Source of the DNA: Flavobacterium sp.
GTDB taxonomy: Bacteria > Bacteroidota > Bacteroidia > Flavobacteriales > Flavobacteriaceae
Direction: 5' to 3'
Length of the DNA: 64,000 bases
Assembly (NCBI GenBank): GCA_030151565.1
Contig: JASLDM010000060.1
Location: 13,207-77,206 of the forward strand
A program made the translations under genes and the position numbers. Position 1 is the stretch's first letter, and every line of letters begins with the position of its first letter. The notes under the pieces were generated by a model. That model was not told where the DNA came from. It saw only the letters and a list, made by a program, of their open reading frames with translations, and did not search any database. This document shows, in pieces, positions 34,090 through 43,411 of this stretch.

Positions 34090-34629
34090 TTAATGTCTTT
34101 TAATAAAAGTTTCTATTTTTTTAACTGCATGATGGTAGGAAGCCTTAAGGCTGCCAATAGAGGTTTGGAGAATTTCTGAAATAGAGTGATAGTCCAGATC
34201 TTCATAATAGCGCATTTTGAATACTAGTTGTTGTTTTTCAGGTAAAAGGGCTACGGCTTTTTGGAGGAGTATAGCTGCTTCATCTCCATCAAAAAGTGGA
34301 TCTGAAACAAGTGATTCTATGGCTTTTTCTTGTAATGTCAGGTCGCAAATTTGGTTCCGTTTTGCCTTTTGTTTTAAGAATGTTAAAGCTTCATTAGTAG
34401 CTATTCTGTAAATCCAAGAAAAAAGTTGACTTTCTCCTTTAAAACTGTGAATGTTTTGATAAACTTTTAAAAAAGTGTTTTGTAATACATCATCGGTATC
34501 TTCGTGATTAAGTAATATTGTTCGAAGATGATGATAAAGACGAACTTGATAGTTTTGTACCAAAATACGAAACGCTTGATCTTGCGTTTTTGGATTTCGG
34601 AGTTGGTTTAGAAGTTGCTCGTCTTGCAA
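34090..34629 (-). CDS. RNA polymerase ECF-type sigma-70 factor
   Basis: Region 2 (DDVLQNTFLKVYQNIHSF...FSWIYRIATNEAL) and region 4 (LPEKQQLVFKMRYYEDLDYHSISEIL) are both present. The product is 179 aa. Confidence 0.85.
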   Translation of the reverse strand: MQDEQLLNQLRNPKTQDQAFRILVQNYQVRLYHHLRTILLNHEDTDDVLQNTFLKVYQNIHSFKGESQLFSWIYRIATNEALTFLKQKAKRNQICDLTLQEKAIESLVSDPLFDGDEAAILLQKAVALLPEKQQLVFKMRYYEDLDYHSISEILQTSIGSLKASYHHAVKKIETFIKRH

Positions 34630-34698
34630 AGGGAAAATATTTAATGCGAAAGTTACCTAAATTCATTGAATTAAATAGCCTATATTATTATAGAGCCT

Positions 34699-34706
34699 TA
34701 CATTTG
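34699..34706 (+). promoter_or_regulatory. Bacteroidota -7 box (TACATTTG) for the HAD hydrolase gene
   Basis: It matches TAnnTTTG. It lies 11 nt upstream of ATG 34718. Confidence 0.4.
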
Positions 34707-34717
34707 TGAAAAAAAAA

Positions 34718-35377
34718 ATGATAGCGACTGTTATTTTTGATATGGATGGAGTAATTGTAGATACAGAACCTGTTCATAAATATGCTTATTTTGAGCATTT
34801 TAAAGAATTAGGAATTGATGTTTCCGAAGATATGTATACTTCTTTTACTGGGAATTCAACTAGAAATGTATTTCAGAAAATTAAAGAGACATTTGGATTA
34901 GAAGCTGATGTAGAGGAATTGGTTTTGCGAAAAAGAGCTTTATTCAATGAGGCGTTTGATACTAAACCTGATTTGGAATTAATATCTGGTGTTCGAACTT
35001 TAATTGAAGATTTATATGAAAATGGGGTTCAGTTAATACTGGCTTCTTCTGCATCCAAAAGTACGATTAATCGTGTATTTAGACGATTTGAATTGTATCC
35101 ATATTTTACAGACTTAGTTAGCGGAGAGGATTTTCCGAAATCAAAACCTGATCCAGCCATATTTTTACATGCTGCTTCCTTGTCTAAAGCTCCTAAGCAT
35201 GAATGTGTAATAATTGAAGATAGTACAAATGGGGTGCGTGCTGCTGTGGCTGCTGATATTTATTGTATCGCATACCATAGTGCAAACTCTAAAGATCAGG
35301 ATTTACAAGGTGCTAAACTTTTTGTAAAGGACTTTGTAGAATTAAATGCATCGATTGTAAAAGGGTTGTCTTGGTAG
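34718..35377 (+). CDS. HAD-superfamily hydrolase (beta-phosphoglucomutase-like subfamily IA)
   Basis: It has motif I FDMDGVIVDTE, motif II ASSAS and motif IV IEDSTNG. The GTG at 34706 is overlapped by a TACATTTG -7 box (34699-34706), so ATG 34718 is preferred. Confidence 0.85.
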   Translation: MIATVIFDMDGVIVDTEPVHKYAYFEHFKELGIDVSEDMYTSFTGNSTRNVFQKIKETFGLEADVEELVLRKRALFNEAFDTKPDLELISGVRTLIEDLYENGVQLILASSASKSTINRVFRRFELYPYFTDLVSGEDFPKSKPDPAIFLHAASLSKAPKHECVIIEDSTNGVRAAVAADIYCIAYHSANSKDQDLQGAKLFVKDFVELNASIVKGLSW

Positions 35378-35476
35378 GTTGAAACGCTGAAAATAGCTTG
35401 AAAGCTTTTAATAGTGCTTTTATTCTCATAGGATTTTTATTAACTTTGCAAACTTATAAACTTAACACATAATACT

Positions 35477-35992
35477 ATGTTTCATAGAAATATAAAGTTG
35501 GTTATTGCTGCACTTATTTTTGTAGCTTCTATTTGGCAATTTACAGAAGGTAATATTGGAAATGGAATTTTCTTATTGTTTTTAATGGCAATTGTGATTT
35601 TATTGTATTTCAAAAATGAATTTATTTTATTGGCTTTTTTGAAATTGAGAAAGCAAGATATGGAGGGAGCTCAAAAATGGCTGAGTTATATTAAAAATCC
35701 TGATACAGCTTTGGTTCGTAAACAAAATGGTTATTATAATTACTTACAAGGAATAATAGTTTCTCAAACGAACTTGAATGCATCGGAAAAGTATATGAAA
35801 CGTGCTATTGAATTAGGGTTGAGTATGGATCAAGATTTAGCAATGGCTAAGTTACAATTAGCAGGGATTGCGATGTCTAGAAGACGTAAGATGGAAGCAA
35901 CGAAATTGATGAATGAAGCTAAAAAGTTAGATAAACAAAATATGCTTAAAGATCAGATCAAAATGATGAAAGAGCAATTGAAAAGAGTATAA
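35477..35992 (+). CDS. hypothetical membrane protein with helical (TPR-like) C-terminal half
   Basis: Two N-terminal TM segments are followed by a helical soluble region. A bidirectional terminator follows the gene. I recognise no family. Confidence 0.5.
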   Translation: MFHRNIKLVIAALIFVASIWQFTEGNIGNGIFLLFLMAIVILLYFKNEFILLAFLKLRKQDMEGAQKWLSYIKNPDTALVRKQNGYYNYLQGIIVSQTNLNASEKYMKRAIELGLSMDQDLAMAKLQLAGIAMSRRRKMEATKLMNEAKKLDKQNMLKDQIKMMKEQLKRV

Positions 35993-35993
35993 T

Positions 35994-36032
35994 AAAAAAG
36001 GGAGATTTATTTCAAATAAATCTCCCTTTTTT
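35994..36032. terminator. bidirectional terminator between convergent genes
   Basis: An 11-bp stem (GGGAGATTTAT / ATAAATCTCCC) is flanked by A6 and T6. Confidence 0.85.
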
Positions 36033-36044
36033 ATTGCTATATTT

Positions 36045-37400
36045 TTATTTACTTTTTCTTCTTTTTTCAGCACGTTTCTTTTCAACTCCACGATTAGTTG
36101 GTTTGGTTTTTCGAGGATTTCTTTTTCCTGGACCACCCAAATTTACTTTTTTGTTTTTGTCTTTCTTTTCATGAAAGGCTTCTCCTTTTTCTGGTGCTAA
36201 TTTAGGTTTTTTGGTAAGGTGTTTTATTTTTTGTTTTATTTTTTCAAACTCCATAAGTTTTTCGGAAATTTCAACTTCAGAAGGAATTTCCATTACTCGC
36301 ATCTCTTTTTCCATTAAAACTTCAGCGTCGAGTTTGATTTCTTCCTCTTTAGGGTCAATTAAACTGATAGCGGTTCCTTCTTTATCAGCACGCCCAGTTC
36401 TTCCGATTCTGTGGATATATTGCTCAGGAAGTTCTGAGAATTGCATATTAATGACGTGGCTGATATCTGAGATATCTAATCCGCGTGCCATAATATCTGT
36501 TGTAACTAAACCTCGTAGTTCGTTGCTTTGGAAGTCGGCCATTGCATTTAAACGGAAATTTTGTGATTTATTAGAGTGTATAACCGTAAACTCCTCAGGG
36601 AATTTCGCTTCTAGTTTTTCTAGAATTAAATCAGCAATTCGCTTACTGTTGATGAAGATCAGTACTCGATTATAGGTAGATTTATCTTCAAGTAAATGAA
36701 GGAGTAGATTTAGTTTTGTGTTGAAGTTAGGAACGTGATATACTTGTTGATCAATTTTTTCCAAAGGAGTTCCTGAAGGTGCAAGAGTAACCTCTTCAGG
36801 GTAATCAAAAAAATCTTCTAAAATTTCATCGACCTCTTCTGTCATCGTAGCTGAAAATAAAATGTTTTGTTTTTTATTTTTCATCATCGATAGAATCGAA
36901 GTAAGTTGATGTCTAAAACCTAAATTAAGAATTTCATCAAATTCATCTATTACAAGTTTTTGTAACGCATCGAATCGAACAACTCCATCTAAAGCTAAGT
37001 CCATAGTTCTACCTGGTGTGCCTACTAGTACATCTACGCCTTCGTAAACTGCTTTTCGTTGTGTATTGATGTTTGTGCCTCCATAAACACCTACCGTTCT
37101 GATAGACATGTATTGTGTTAGCTTTTCAACTTCTTCAACTACTTGTACTACTAATTCACGTGTTGGAACAAGAATCATTACCCTAGGTATGTCAGTTGCG
37201 GCAAATTTCCATTGTTTTAAAATAGGTAATAAATACGCATATGTTTTTCCAGTTCCAGTTTGGGCGATTCCCATCATATCTCGTCCAGATAAAATAACGG
37301 AAAAAGATTTTTCTTGAATAGGAGTGGGCGTTGTAATGTTTAATTCTTTTAAGGCTTTGTCTAAAGCTTTCGGAAGATTAAATTGCTCGAAAGTGCTCAT
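36045..37400 (-). CDS. DEAD-box ATP-dependent RNA helicase with basic C-terminal tail
   Basis: It has the Q motif, AQTGTGKT, PTRELV, DEFD (a DEAD-box variant), SAT and HRIGRTGR. The start is taken at MSTFEQF (37400). Confidence 0.93.
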   Translation of the reverse strand: MSTFEQFNLPKALDKALKELNITTPTPIQEKSFSVILSGRDMMGIAQTGTGKTYAYLLPILKQWKFAATDIPRVMILVPTRELVVQVVEEVEKLTQYMSIRTVGVYGGTNINTQRKAVYEGVDVLVGTPGRTMDLALDGVVRFDALQKLVIDEFDEILNLGFRHQLTSILSMMKNKKQNILFSATMTEEVDEILEDFFDYPEEVTLAPSGTPLEKIDQQVYHVPNFNTKLNLLLHLLEDKSTYNRVLIFINSKRIADLILEKLEAKFPEEFTVIHSNKSQNFRLNAMADFQSNELRGLVTTDIMARGLDISDISHVINMQFSELPEQYIHRIGRTGRADKEGTAISLIDPKEEEIKLDAEVLMEKEMRVMEIPSEVEISEKLMEFEKIKQKIKHLTKKPKLAPEKGEAFHEKKDKNKKVNLGGPGKRNPRKTKPTNRGVEKKRAEKRRKSK

Positions 37401-37507
37401 ATGGGTTCTAGTTTGTGGCAAAGATACATTTTTTTTAACCGTATCAAGAGTATAAAAAGAATCCAGAATAGGTTTTTTTGCAGTAAATCAAATGGTTGAT
37501 TCTTAAT

Positions 37508-37539
37508 AAAAAATGATTGTCTTTAGACAATCATTTTTT
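37508..37539 (-). terminator. intrinsic terminator after the lytic transglycosylase gene (overlaps its stop codon)
   Basis: The stem AATGATTGTC / GACAATCATT is flanked by A- and T-runs. Confidence 0.7.
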
Positions 37540-38433
37540 ATAACCTTCTGTAGGTATTTCGATATAATATGTTTTTCCTGGTGTTACTTCTAGTTTAGTG
37601 TCTCGTAACCAAGGGTTGTGAAGTTTCAATATTTTGTAATTTATTCCTTGCTCTTTCGCAAATTGAGCTAGATCAATAATATCGTAATCAACAGCAACTT
37701 TTTTTGATTTTATTGGATGATAAAGTGTGTTCTCAGGTAAATCGAAACCATATTTCTCGGTATTTGACATGATTTCTTTTAAAGCTAAAATTCTGAAAAC
37801 ATATCTAGAGGTTTCTTCGTTAATGAATAAGTCGTAATAGTCATCTACCATTTGTACTTCTAATTGACGACTCACACCTGCCATTCCTCTATTGTACGAT
37901 GCAGCAGCCAAGGTCCAACTACCAAATTTGTTTTTGGCTCTTTTAAAGTATTCACAAGCTGCTTCGGTAGCTTTTTCCAGGTCGTAGCGTTCATCTACAG
38001 AATTGGTTACTTCCAAATTAAAATCCTTAGCAGTACCATTCATAAACTGCCAAAATCCACGTGCACCAGCAGGAGAAGTTGCGTTGGATAGTGTACTTTC
38101 TATAACAGCTAAATATTTAAAATCATCAGGAATTCCATTCTTCTTTAATATTGGCTCAATGATTGGGAAAAAGCGATTTGCTCTTTTAATAGAAAGTATT
38201 GTAGAACCGTGAAGATTTACGTTTACGATCATTTCGCGATCCATTCGTTCGCGGACATCTACAATTTGTAGAGGAGTTCTCTCTCCTGCAAAATTGATAT
38301 TATCTGGTAAGTATGCGTGATTTTTTACATCGATACTATTTGTATTTGTTCCAGAAGTAGTTCCGAAAATAAAGGTGCTTCCTATTATGCATACCCCTGC
38401 GATTGCTGCAATCTTTTTAACTTTCTTGTTCAT
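37531..38433 (-). CDS. lytic transglycosylase (SLT domain, MltD-like)
   Basis: The catalytic region is LAVIESTLSNATSPAGARGFWQFM, followed by AAASYNRG. An N-terminal membrane or signal anchor is present. Confidence 0.8.
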   Translation of the reverse strand: MNKKVKKIAAIAGVCIIGSTFIFGTTSGTNTNSIDVKNHAYLPDNINFAGERTPLQIVDVRERMDREMIVNVNLHGSTILSIKRANRFFPIIEPILKKNGIPDDFKYLAVIESTLSNATSPAGARGFWQFMNGTAKDFNLEVTNSVDERYDLEKATEAACEYFKRAKNKFGSWTLAAASYNRGMAGVSRQLEVQMVDDYYDLFINEETSRYVFRILALKEIMSNTEKYGFDLPENTLYHPIKSKKVAVDYDIIDLAQFAKEQGINYKILKLHNPWLRDTKLEVTPGKTYYIEIPTEGYKK

Positions 38434-39094
38434 TTTTATTTTCTAATATTAAGTTGGGTAAATGGGTGTTGAACCATTTGTGTTTTATTAAAATCATAGC
38501 ATGTGTTCCACCTTTGATAACGATTGCATCTTTGATGTATTGTATAGGGAAGATTTCATCTTTATTTCCATGAATGTGGATGATATTTGGATCAGGAACT
38601 GAGCCCTTCCATAAAATCACATTTTTAAAAGCCCAGTCCAGATATTCGGGGTCTCGAACTGTCATATATTGGTCAAAGATATCTAAACGATATTTTGTCT
38701 TATCATCGCTAAATTTTTTATACACTTGCTCTATCTCTTCAATCCAGCGAGTTGGAAAAAGTTTGTATATAGCTGTAGCTTTTGCAAATTTCATTCTTTT
38801 AGGGAACTCTTCATTAGATCGAACACTCGAAATTATAATTGTTTTTTTTGAGGGAATTATCTTGGATAATTCTTGTACTATAATGCCTCCAAATGAAACC
38901 CCTATTAAAACTGGATTCGCATGTAATATGTTTTTTTTTATTCTATTTACATAATGAATTAAATCTTCATCTTTTATAGGTGCAATCCATTCTAAAAAAT
39001 GCATTTCAAAGCAATCTTGAGGAAGTTTTATTTTCTCAAAAATCTTTGTATTTGCTCCCATTCCTGGCATAAAATAAACATGTATTTTGTTCAT
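38417..39094 (-). CDS. alpha/beta hydrolase fold protein
   Basis: It has a GVSFGG nucleophile elbow and a late HG.KD / GGTH. It overlaps the downstream transglycosylase gene by 17 nt. Confidence 0.6.
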   Translation of the reverse strand: MNKIHVYFMPGMGANTKIFEKIKLPQDCFEMHFLEWIAPIKDEDLIHYVNRIKKNILHANPVLIGVSFGGIIVQELSKIIPSKKTIIISSVRSNEEFPKRMKFAKATAIYKLFPTRWIEEIEQVYKKFSDDKTKYRLDIFDQYMTVRDPEYLDWAFKNVILWKGSVPDPNIIHIHGNKDEIFPIQYIKDAIVIKGGTHAMILIKHKWFNTHLPNLILENKNEQES

Positions 39095-39278
39095 TTTAAA
39101 TAAATTAACTATTCGTTTGTGGGAAGTCTCGAAAAAAATCCCGAAATTTGCTAAATATAAGTTATTTACAATTGATTTTTCTTCTTCAAAGGATTAAAAA
39201 AAACTTAAATATTTAATTGTATAGAAAAATGTAAATAAACTTTCTCATCATATCATGAAACGTAAAACTTTATTATAA

Positions 39279-39560
39279 ATGGAAATTAAGAATAACGAGC
39301 TTCTTCGTCAGTTTGAGTTGGAGACTGATAAAGGTTTGCTAAGCGTAGAGTATTCTCTACAAGAAAGAAAAATTTTTCTGACTAAATTGAAAGGATTAGA
39401 AAATACGGTGCAAGAACAGGCATCTGATTTTTTAAAAGCTGTTTTGTCTTTTGCAGAAGATAAGAGACTGAAAGTGGTACCAACACATCCGAAAATTGTT
39501 TCTTTTTTTAGAAAAAACCCAATTTATAAGGAGTTATTGCCTCCTGGGATTCGAATTTGA
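39279..39560 (+). CDS. small GNAT-like acetyltransferase domain protein (YjdJ-type)
   Basis: The product is 93 aa. The N-terminus (NELLRQFELETDKGLLSVEYS) and the C-terminal PTHPKIVSFFRKNP resemble minimal GCN5-related proteins. The call is tentative. Confidence 0.5.
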   Translation: MEIKNNELLRQFELETDKGLLSVEYSLQERKIFLTKLKGLENTVQEQASDFLKAVLSFAEDKRLKVVPTHPKIVSFFRKNPIYKELLPPGIRI

Positions 39561-39596
39561 TTCGTAAATTTCAACAACACATCAACTAACAACATT

Positions 39597-39634
39597 AAAA
39601 AAGCCTGTTTGATTTTTATCAAACAGGCTTTTTC
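39597..39634. terminator. bidirectional terminator between the small GNAT gene and mtaB
   Basis: A 13-bp stem (AAGCCTGTTTGAT / ATCAAACAGGCTT) has the loop TTTT. Confidence 0.85.
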
Positions 39635-40954
39635 TTAATTTATAAAATCGATTCGGACACTTCCGTCATCATCTATTTTAGTAAGTTTTACTTTGTGTAA
39701 TGTGTTGACATAAGCTGGATCCCATGGGGTTTTTACTTTAACATAGTTTTCGGTAAATCCATGAATGTAGCCTTCTTTATTCTCGCTTTCAAACAGAACT
39801 ATTTTTTCTTTTCCGATCTGACTTTCATAAAAGGCTCGTCTTTTTTTAACTGAAAGGGCACGTAACATTTTGCTTCGTTTATTCCTTACATTCATCGGTA
39901 CGGCTCCTTCCATTTCGATGGCTTCTGTATTATCTCTTTCAGAATATGTGAAAACGTGAAGGTAAGAAATATCCATTTCATTTAAAAAATGATAGGTTTC
40001 TAAAAAACGTTCATCCGTTTCACCAGGAAAACCAACAATTACATCTACACCAATACAAGCGTCTGGCATAGTAGCTTTGATTCTATCGACACGTTCAGTA
40101 TAGACTTCTCGCAAATAACGGCGTTTCATTTTCTTTAAAATAGTATTACTTCCAGATTGTAATGGAATGTGAAAATGAGGGACGAAAGTACGGCTTTGTG
40201 AAACGAAATCAATAGTTTCGTTCTTTAATAGATTTGGTTCAATTGAAGATATACGAAGACGTTCAATTCCATTGACTTGATCTAAAGCCTGTACAAGTTC
40301 TAAGAATGTGTGTTCGTGTTTTTTATTACCAAATTCACCTTTTCCATAATCACCAATATTCACACCTGTTAATACAATTTCCTTTATGTCTTGTTGTGCT
40401 ATTTCTGCTGCATTTTTCAAAACATTTTCCATCGTATCACTGCGAGAAATTCCTCGAGCTAAAGGAATAGTGCAATAGGTACATTTATAATCACAACCAT
40501 CTTGAACTTTTAAGAAAGCTCTGGTTCGATCTCCAATGGAATAACTACCAACATAGAAGTCTGCTTCTTCAATTTCACAAGAATGAACCTCACCTAAATC
40601 ATTTTTCGAGAGATCGTGGATATAATCAGTAATTTTGAATTTTTCAGTAGCACCCAAAACTAAATCTACACCATCAACAGCAACAAGTTCTTCAGGCTTT
40701 AATTGAGCATAACATCCAATTGCGGCTACAAAGGCTTTTTCATTTTTCTTTTGCGCCTTTTTAACTATTTGTTTAAATTGTTTGTCAGCGTTTTCTGTAA
40801 CTGAACAAGTGTTAATAACATATATATCTGCAACCTCGTCAAAGTCAACTCGATCAAAACCTTCGTCTGTAAAGTTTCGGGCAATGGTAGAGGTTTCGGA
40901 GAAGTTAAGTTTACAACCTAATGTGTAAAAAGCTACTTTTTTTCTGTTTTCCAT
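39635..40954 (-). CDS. mtaB: tRNA (t6A37) methylthiotransferase MtaB
   Basis: The N-terminal UPF0004 domain (YTLGCKLNFSE), the radical-SAM CDYKCTYCTIP and a C-terminal TRAM-like end are present. The product is 439 aa. Confidence 0.88.
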   Translation of the reverse strand: MENRKKVAFYTLGCKLNFSETSTIARNFTDEGFDRVDFDEVADIYVINTCSVTENADKQFKQIVKKAQKKNEKAFVAAIGCYAQLKPEELVAVDGVDLVLGATEKFKITDYIHDLSKNDLGEVHSCEIEEADFYVGSYSIGDRTRAFLKVQDGCDYKCTYCTIPLARGISRSDTMENVLKNAAEIAQQDIKEIVLTGVNIGDYGKGEFGNKKHEHTFLELVQALDQVNGIERLRISSIEPNLLKNETIDFVSQSRTFVPHFHIPLQSGSNTILKKMKRRYLREVYTERVDRIKATMPDACIGVDVIVGFPGETDERFLETYHFLNEMDISYLHVFTYSERDNTEAIEMEGAVPMNVRNKRSKMLRALSVKKRRAFYESQIGKEKIVLFESENKEGYIHGFTENYVKVKTPWDPAYVNTLHKVKLTKIDDDGSVRIDFIN

Positions 40955-41043
40955 AATAATTAGCTACTCTTACTAGTAACTTTGAATTATATTTACTTTT
41001 TAAAATAAAAAGAACTGCAAATTTACATACAAAAATTGGTTTG

Positions 41044-42645
41044 ATGAAATCTACATTTTATTATATATTACTTATAGCTATAGTTTTAAACGTATATTCT
41101 TGTCAGAATAAAACAGAACAATATGATGATTCTCTAGTTTTTCGGTATAATGAAAATGCTAATATTCAAACGTTAGATCCAGCTTTTGCACGCAATCAAG
41201 CTATAATTTGGCCTTGTAACCAGTTGTTTAACGGATTAGTTCAGCTAGATGATTCTTTACATGTTCAGCCTGATATTGCTAGGAAATGGGAGATAAGTGA
41301 TGATGGTAAAACGTATCGATTTATTTTGCGAAAGGATGTGTTTTTTCATCCACATGCTAATTTCGGTATTGATAGTACACGAACGGTAAATGCTACTGAT
41401 TTTGTCTATAGTTTTGAACGCTTATTAAGTTCTAAGTTGGCATCTCCAGGAGCTTGGATTTTTCAAAAAGTTAATCATTTTGAGGCTGTAAATGATAGTG
41501 TTTTGAAAATTGAATTAAAAGAATCTTTTCCGGCTTTTTTAGGATTGCTTACTATGAAGTATGCTTCGGTTGTTCCTCGGGAGGTTATAGAAGATGTAAA
41601 TCATGATTTTCGATCTCATCCAATTGGAACGGGGCCTTTTTATTTTAAATTTTGGGAAGAAAATATCAAATTGGTATTGCGTAAGCATCAACTTTATTTT
41701 GAGGTAGACGAAAAGGGAAATAAATTACCATATTTAGAGTCTGTAGTAATTACTTTTTTACCTGATAAGCAAAGTGCTTTTTTGCAATTTGTTCAAGGTA
41801 ATTTAGACTTTATTTCAGGGCTAGATCCTTCTTATAAGGATGAATTAATTACAGATTCGGGAGAATTGCAAGAGAAATATCAAGAACGTATACAAATGAT
41901 TACTGGACCGTATTTGAATACAGAATATTTGGGTTTTAATCTAGAAGTCCCTGGTATAGCCCAAGATATTCGAATCCGAAAAGCTTTAAATATTGGCTTC
42001 GATCGTCAAAAAATGCTTTATTATTTGAGAAATGATATGGGAACTGCTGCAGTCGGAGGTATGATTCCAAAAGGTTTGTTGGGAACAATTGAAGGGAATT
42101 TAAAGTATGATCCAGAATTTGCAAAAGAGCTTGTAGCTGCTTATCGTAAAGAAACAGGAATTGATAATTTAACTTTAATACTTTCAACCAATGCTTCTTA
42201 TTTGGATATAGCGGAATATCTCCAGCGCGAATGGCGAAAAATAGGGATTGATGTACAAGTGGATGTTGCTCCTCCATCAACGCTAAGACAAGGGATTGCT
42301 ACAGGTAAGGTAGCTTTTTTTAGAGGAAGCTGGATAGCAGATTATCCAGATGCTGAAAATTACTTATCGCTATTTTATTCAGAAAATAAGCCTCCATATG
42401 GACCTAATTATACTCGTTTTAAAAATAAAATTTACGATAATCTGTACAATGAGGTTTTCCGTAAAGAAAATTATGACAAACAACTATTTTTGTACCAGCA
42501 AATGGATCGTATTGTAGCTGAAGAGATTCCTGTGATTGTTTTATTTTATGATCAAGCTGTACGATTTTCAAGAAAAGAAGTACAAAATTTAGGAATTAAC
42601 CCATTGAATAATCTTTTTTTAAAAACAGTCAAAAAACAGCATTAA
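41044..42645 (+). CDS. ABC-transporter family-5 (peptide/nickel type) substrate-binding lipoprotein, orphan
   Basis: The lipobox is NVYSCQ. SBP_bac_5-like motifs are present (NIQTLDPAFA, ARKWEISDDGKTYRFILRKDVFFH). No cognate permease or ATPase gene is adjacent. Confidence 0.85.
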   Translation: MKSTFYYILLIAIVLNVYSCQNKTEQYDDSLVFRYNENANIQTLDPAFARNQAIIWPCNQLFNGLVQLDDSLHVQPDIARKWEISDDGKTYRFILRKDVFFHPHANFGIDSTRTVNATDFVYSFERLLSSKLASPGAWIFQKVNHFEAVNDSVLKIELKESFPAFLGLLTMKYASVVPREVIEDVNHDFRSHPIGTGPFYFKFWEENIKLVLRKHQLYFEVDEKGNKLPYLESVVITFLPDKQSAFLQFVQGNLDFISGLDPSYKDELITDSGELQEKYQERIQMITGPYLNTEYLGFNLEVPGIAQDIRIRKALNIGFDRQKMLYYLRNDMGTAAVGGMIPKGLLGTIEGNLKYDPEFAKELVAAYRKETGIDNLTLILSTNASYLDIAEYLQREWRKIGIDVQVDVAPPSTLRQGIATGKVAFFRGSWIADYPDAENYLSLFYSENKPPYGPNYTRFKNKIYDNLYNEVFRKENYDKQLFLYQQMDRIVAEEIPVIVLFYDQAVRFSRKEVQNLGINPLNNLFLKTVKKQH

Positions 42646-42691
42646 GATGATCTAAAATATTTGAATAAAGCCAAAAACCACCAAACTAACG

Positions 42692-43411
42692 ATGAATGAT
42701 TTATTATTTGTAATCATCGACGACGAACCTAAAGTCGATGAAGCCTTAAAAGGTATGATTACTAAAGTGTTATTTCCGGATTTGCGAATAAAAATAGTGA
42801 TCGCAAACTCGGTAAAATTAGGCGTAGAACTAATTAAAAATCACCAACCAGATATTGTTTTCTTAGATATTAAACTACCAGGAGAAAATGGTTTTTCTCT
42901 ATTTGATCAAGTTGAATTAAAGGATACAGAGGTTGTTTTTACTACTGCTTATAGCGAATATGCTATAGAGAGCATAAATAAATATGGATGCTTGGGTTAT
43001 CTTTTAAAACCCATAAGTCGGGATGATCTTGAATTTGTTTTTGAACGATTTATGGAAAAGCGTTTGAATAATAAACTTTTTAGGTTTATCAATGATTCTG
43101 GTAAACGGATATTGATCGATTATAAAGATATAATGCTTTTTAGAGCTTCAGGAAATTACTGCGAGATTTTCATGAAAGATAGAAAATATGTTGTATCTAA
43201 AACATTGAAGTTTATTGAGGAAAATATGGGAAGAAACTTGGTTAGGGTGCATAGGTCATATGCAGTAAATCTAGACTTTGTATCGCATTATAATCCAGAA
43301 ACAGCATATTTGTATTTTAAAACCGATACTATTAATAAAACCGATAGTTTTATTGAAAAGATTCCAGTTGGAGAAAAATATCGAGCGGAATTGCGTGAGC
43401 TTTTTTTATGA
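42692..43411 (+). CDS. LytR/AlgR-family response regulator (receiver plus LytTR DNA-binding domain)
   Basis: The receiver has DDEP, the phospho-acceptor FLDIKLPG and a conserved K (LLKP). The LytTR core is ASGNYCEIF...VRVHRSYAVNL. Confidence 0.9.
   Translation: MNDLLFVIIDDEPKVDEALKGMITKVLFPDLRIKIVIANSVKLGVELIKNHQPDIVFLDIKLPGENGFSLFDQVELKDTEVVFTTAYSEYAIESINKYGCLGYLLKPISRDDLEFVFERFMEKRLNNKLFRFINDSGKRILIDYKDIMLFRASGNYCEIFMKDRKYVVSKTLKFIEENMGRNLVRVHRSYAVNLDFVSHYNPETAYLYFKTDTINKTDSFIEKIPVGEKYRAELRELFL

Noticed and set aside
34709-34718. Homopolymeric A-tracts next to start codons (A10 at 34709-34718, A9 at 49077-49085) considered as possible phase-variation switches.
   Set aside because: The first lies in the 5' UTR once ATG 34718 is used. 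The second simply encodes Lys-Lys-Lys of a signal anchor. There is no evidence of length variation from a single sequence, and such tracts are common in AT-rich genomes.
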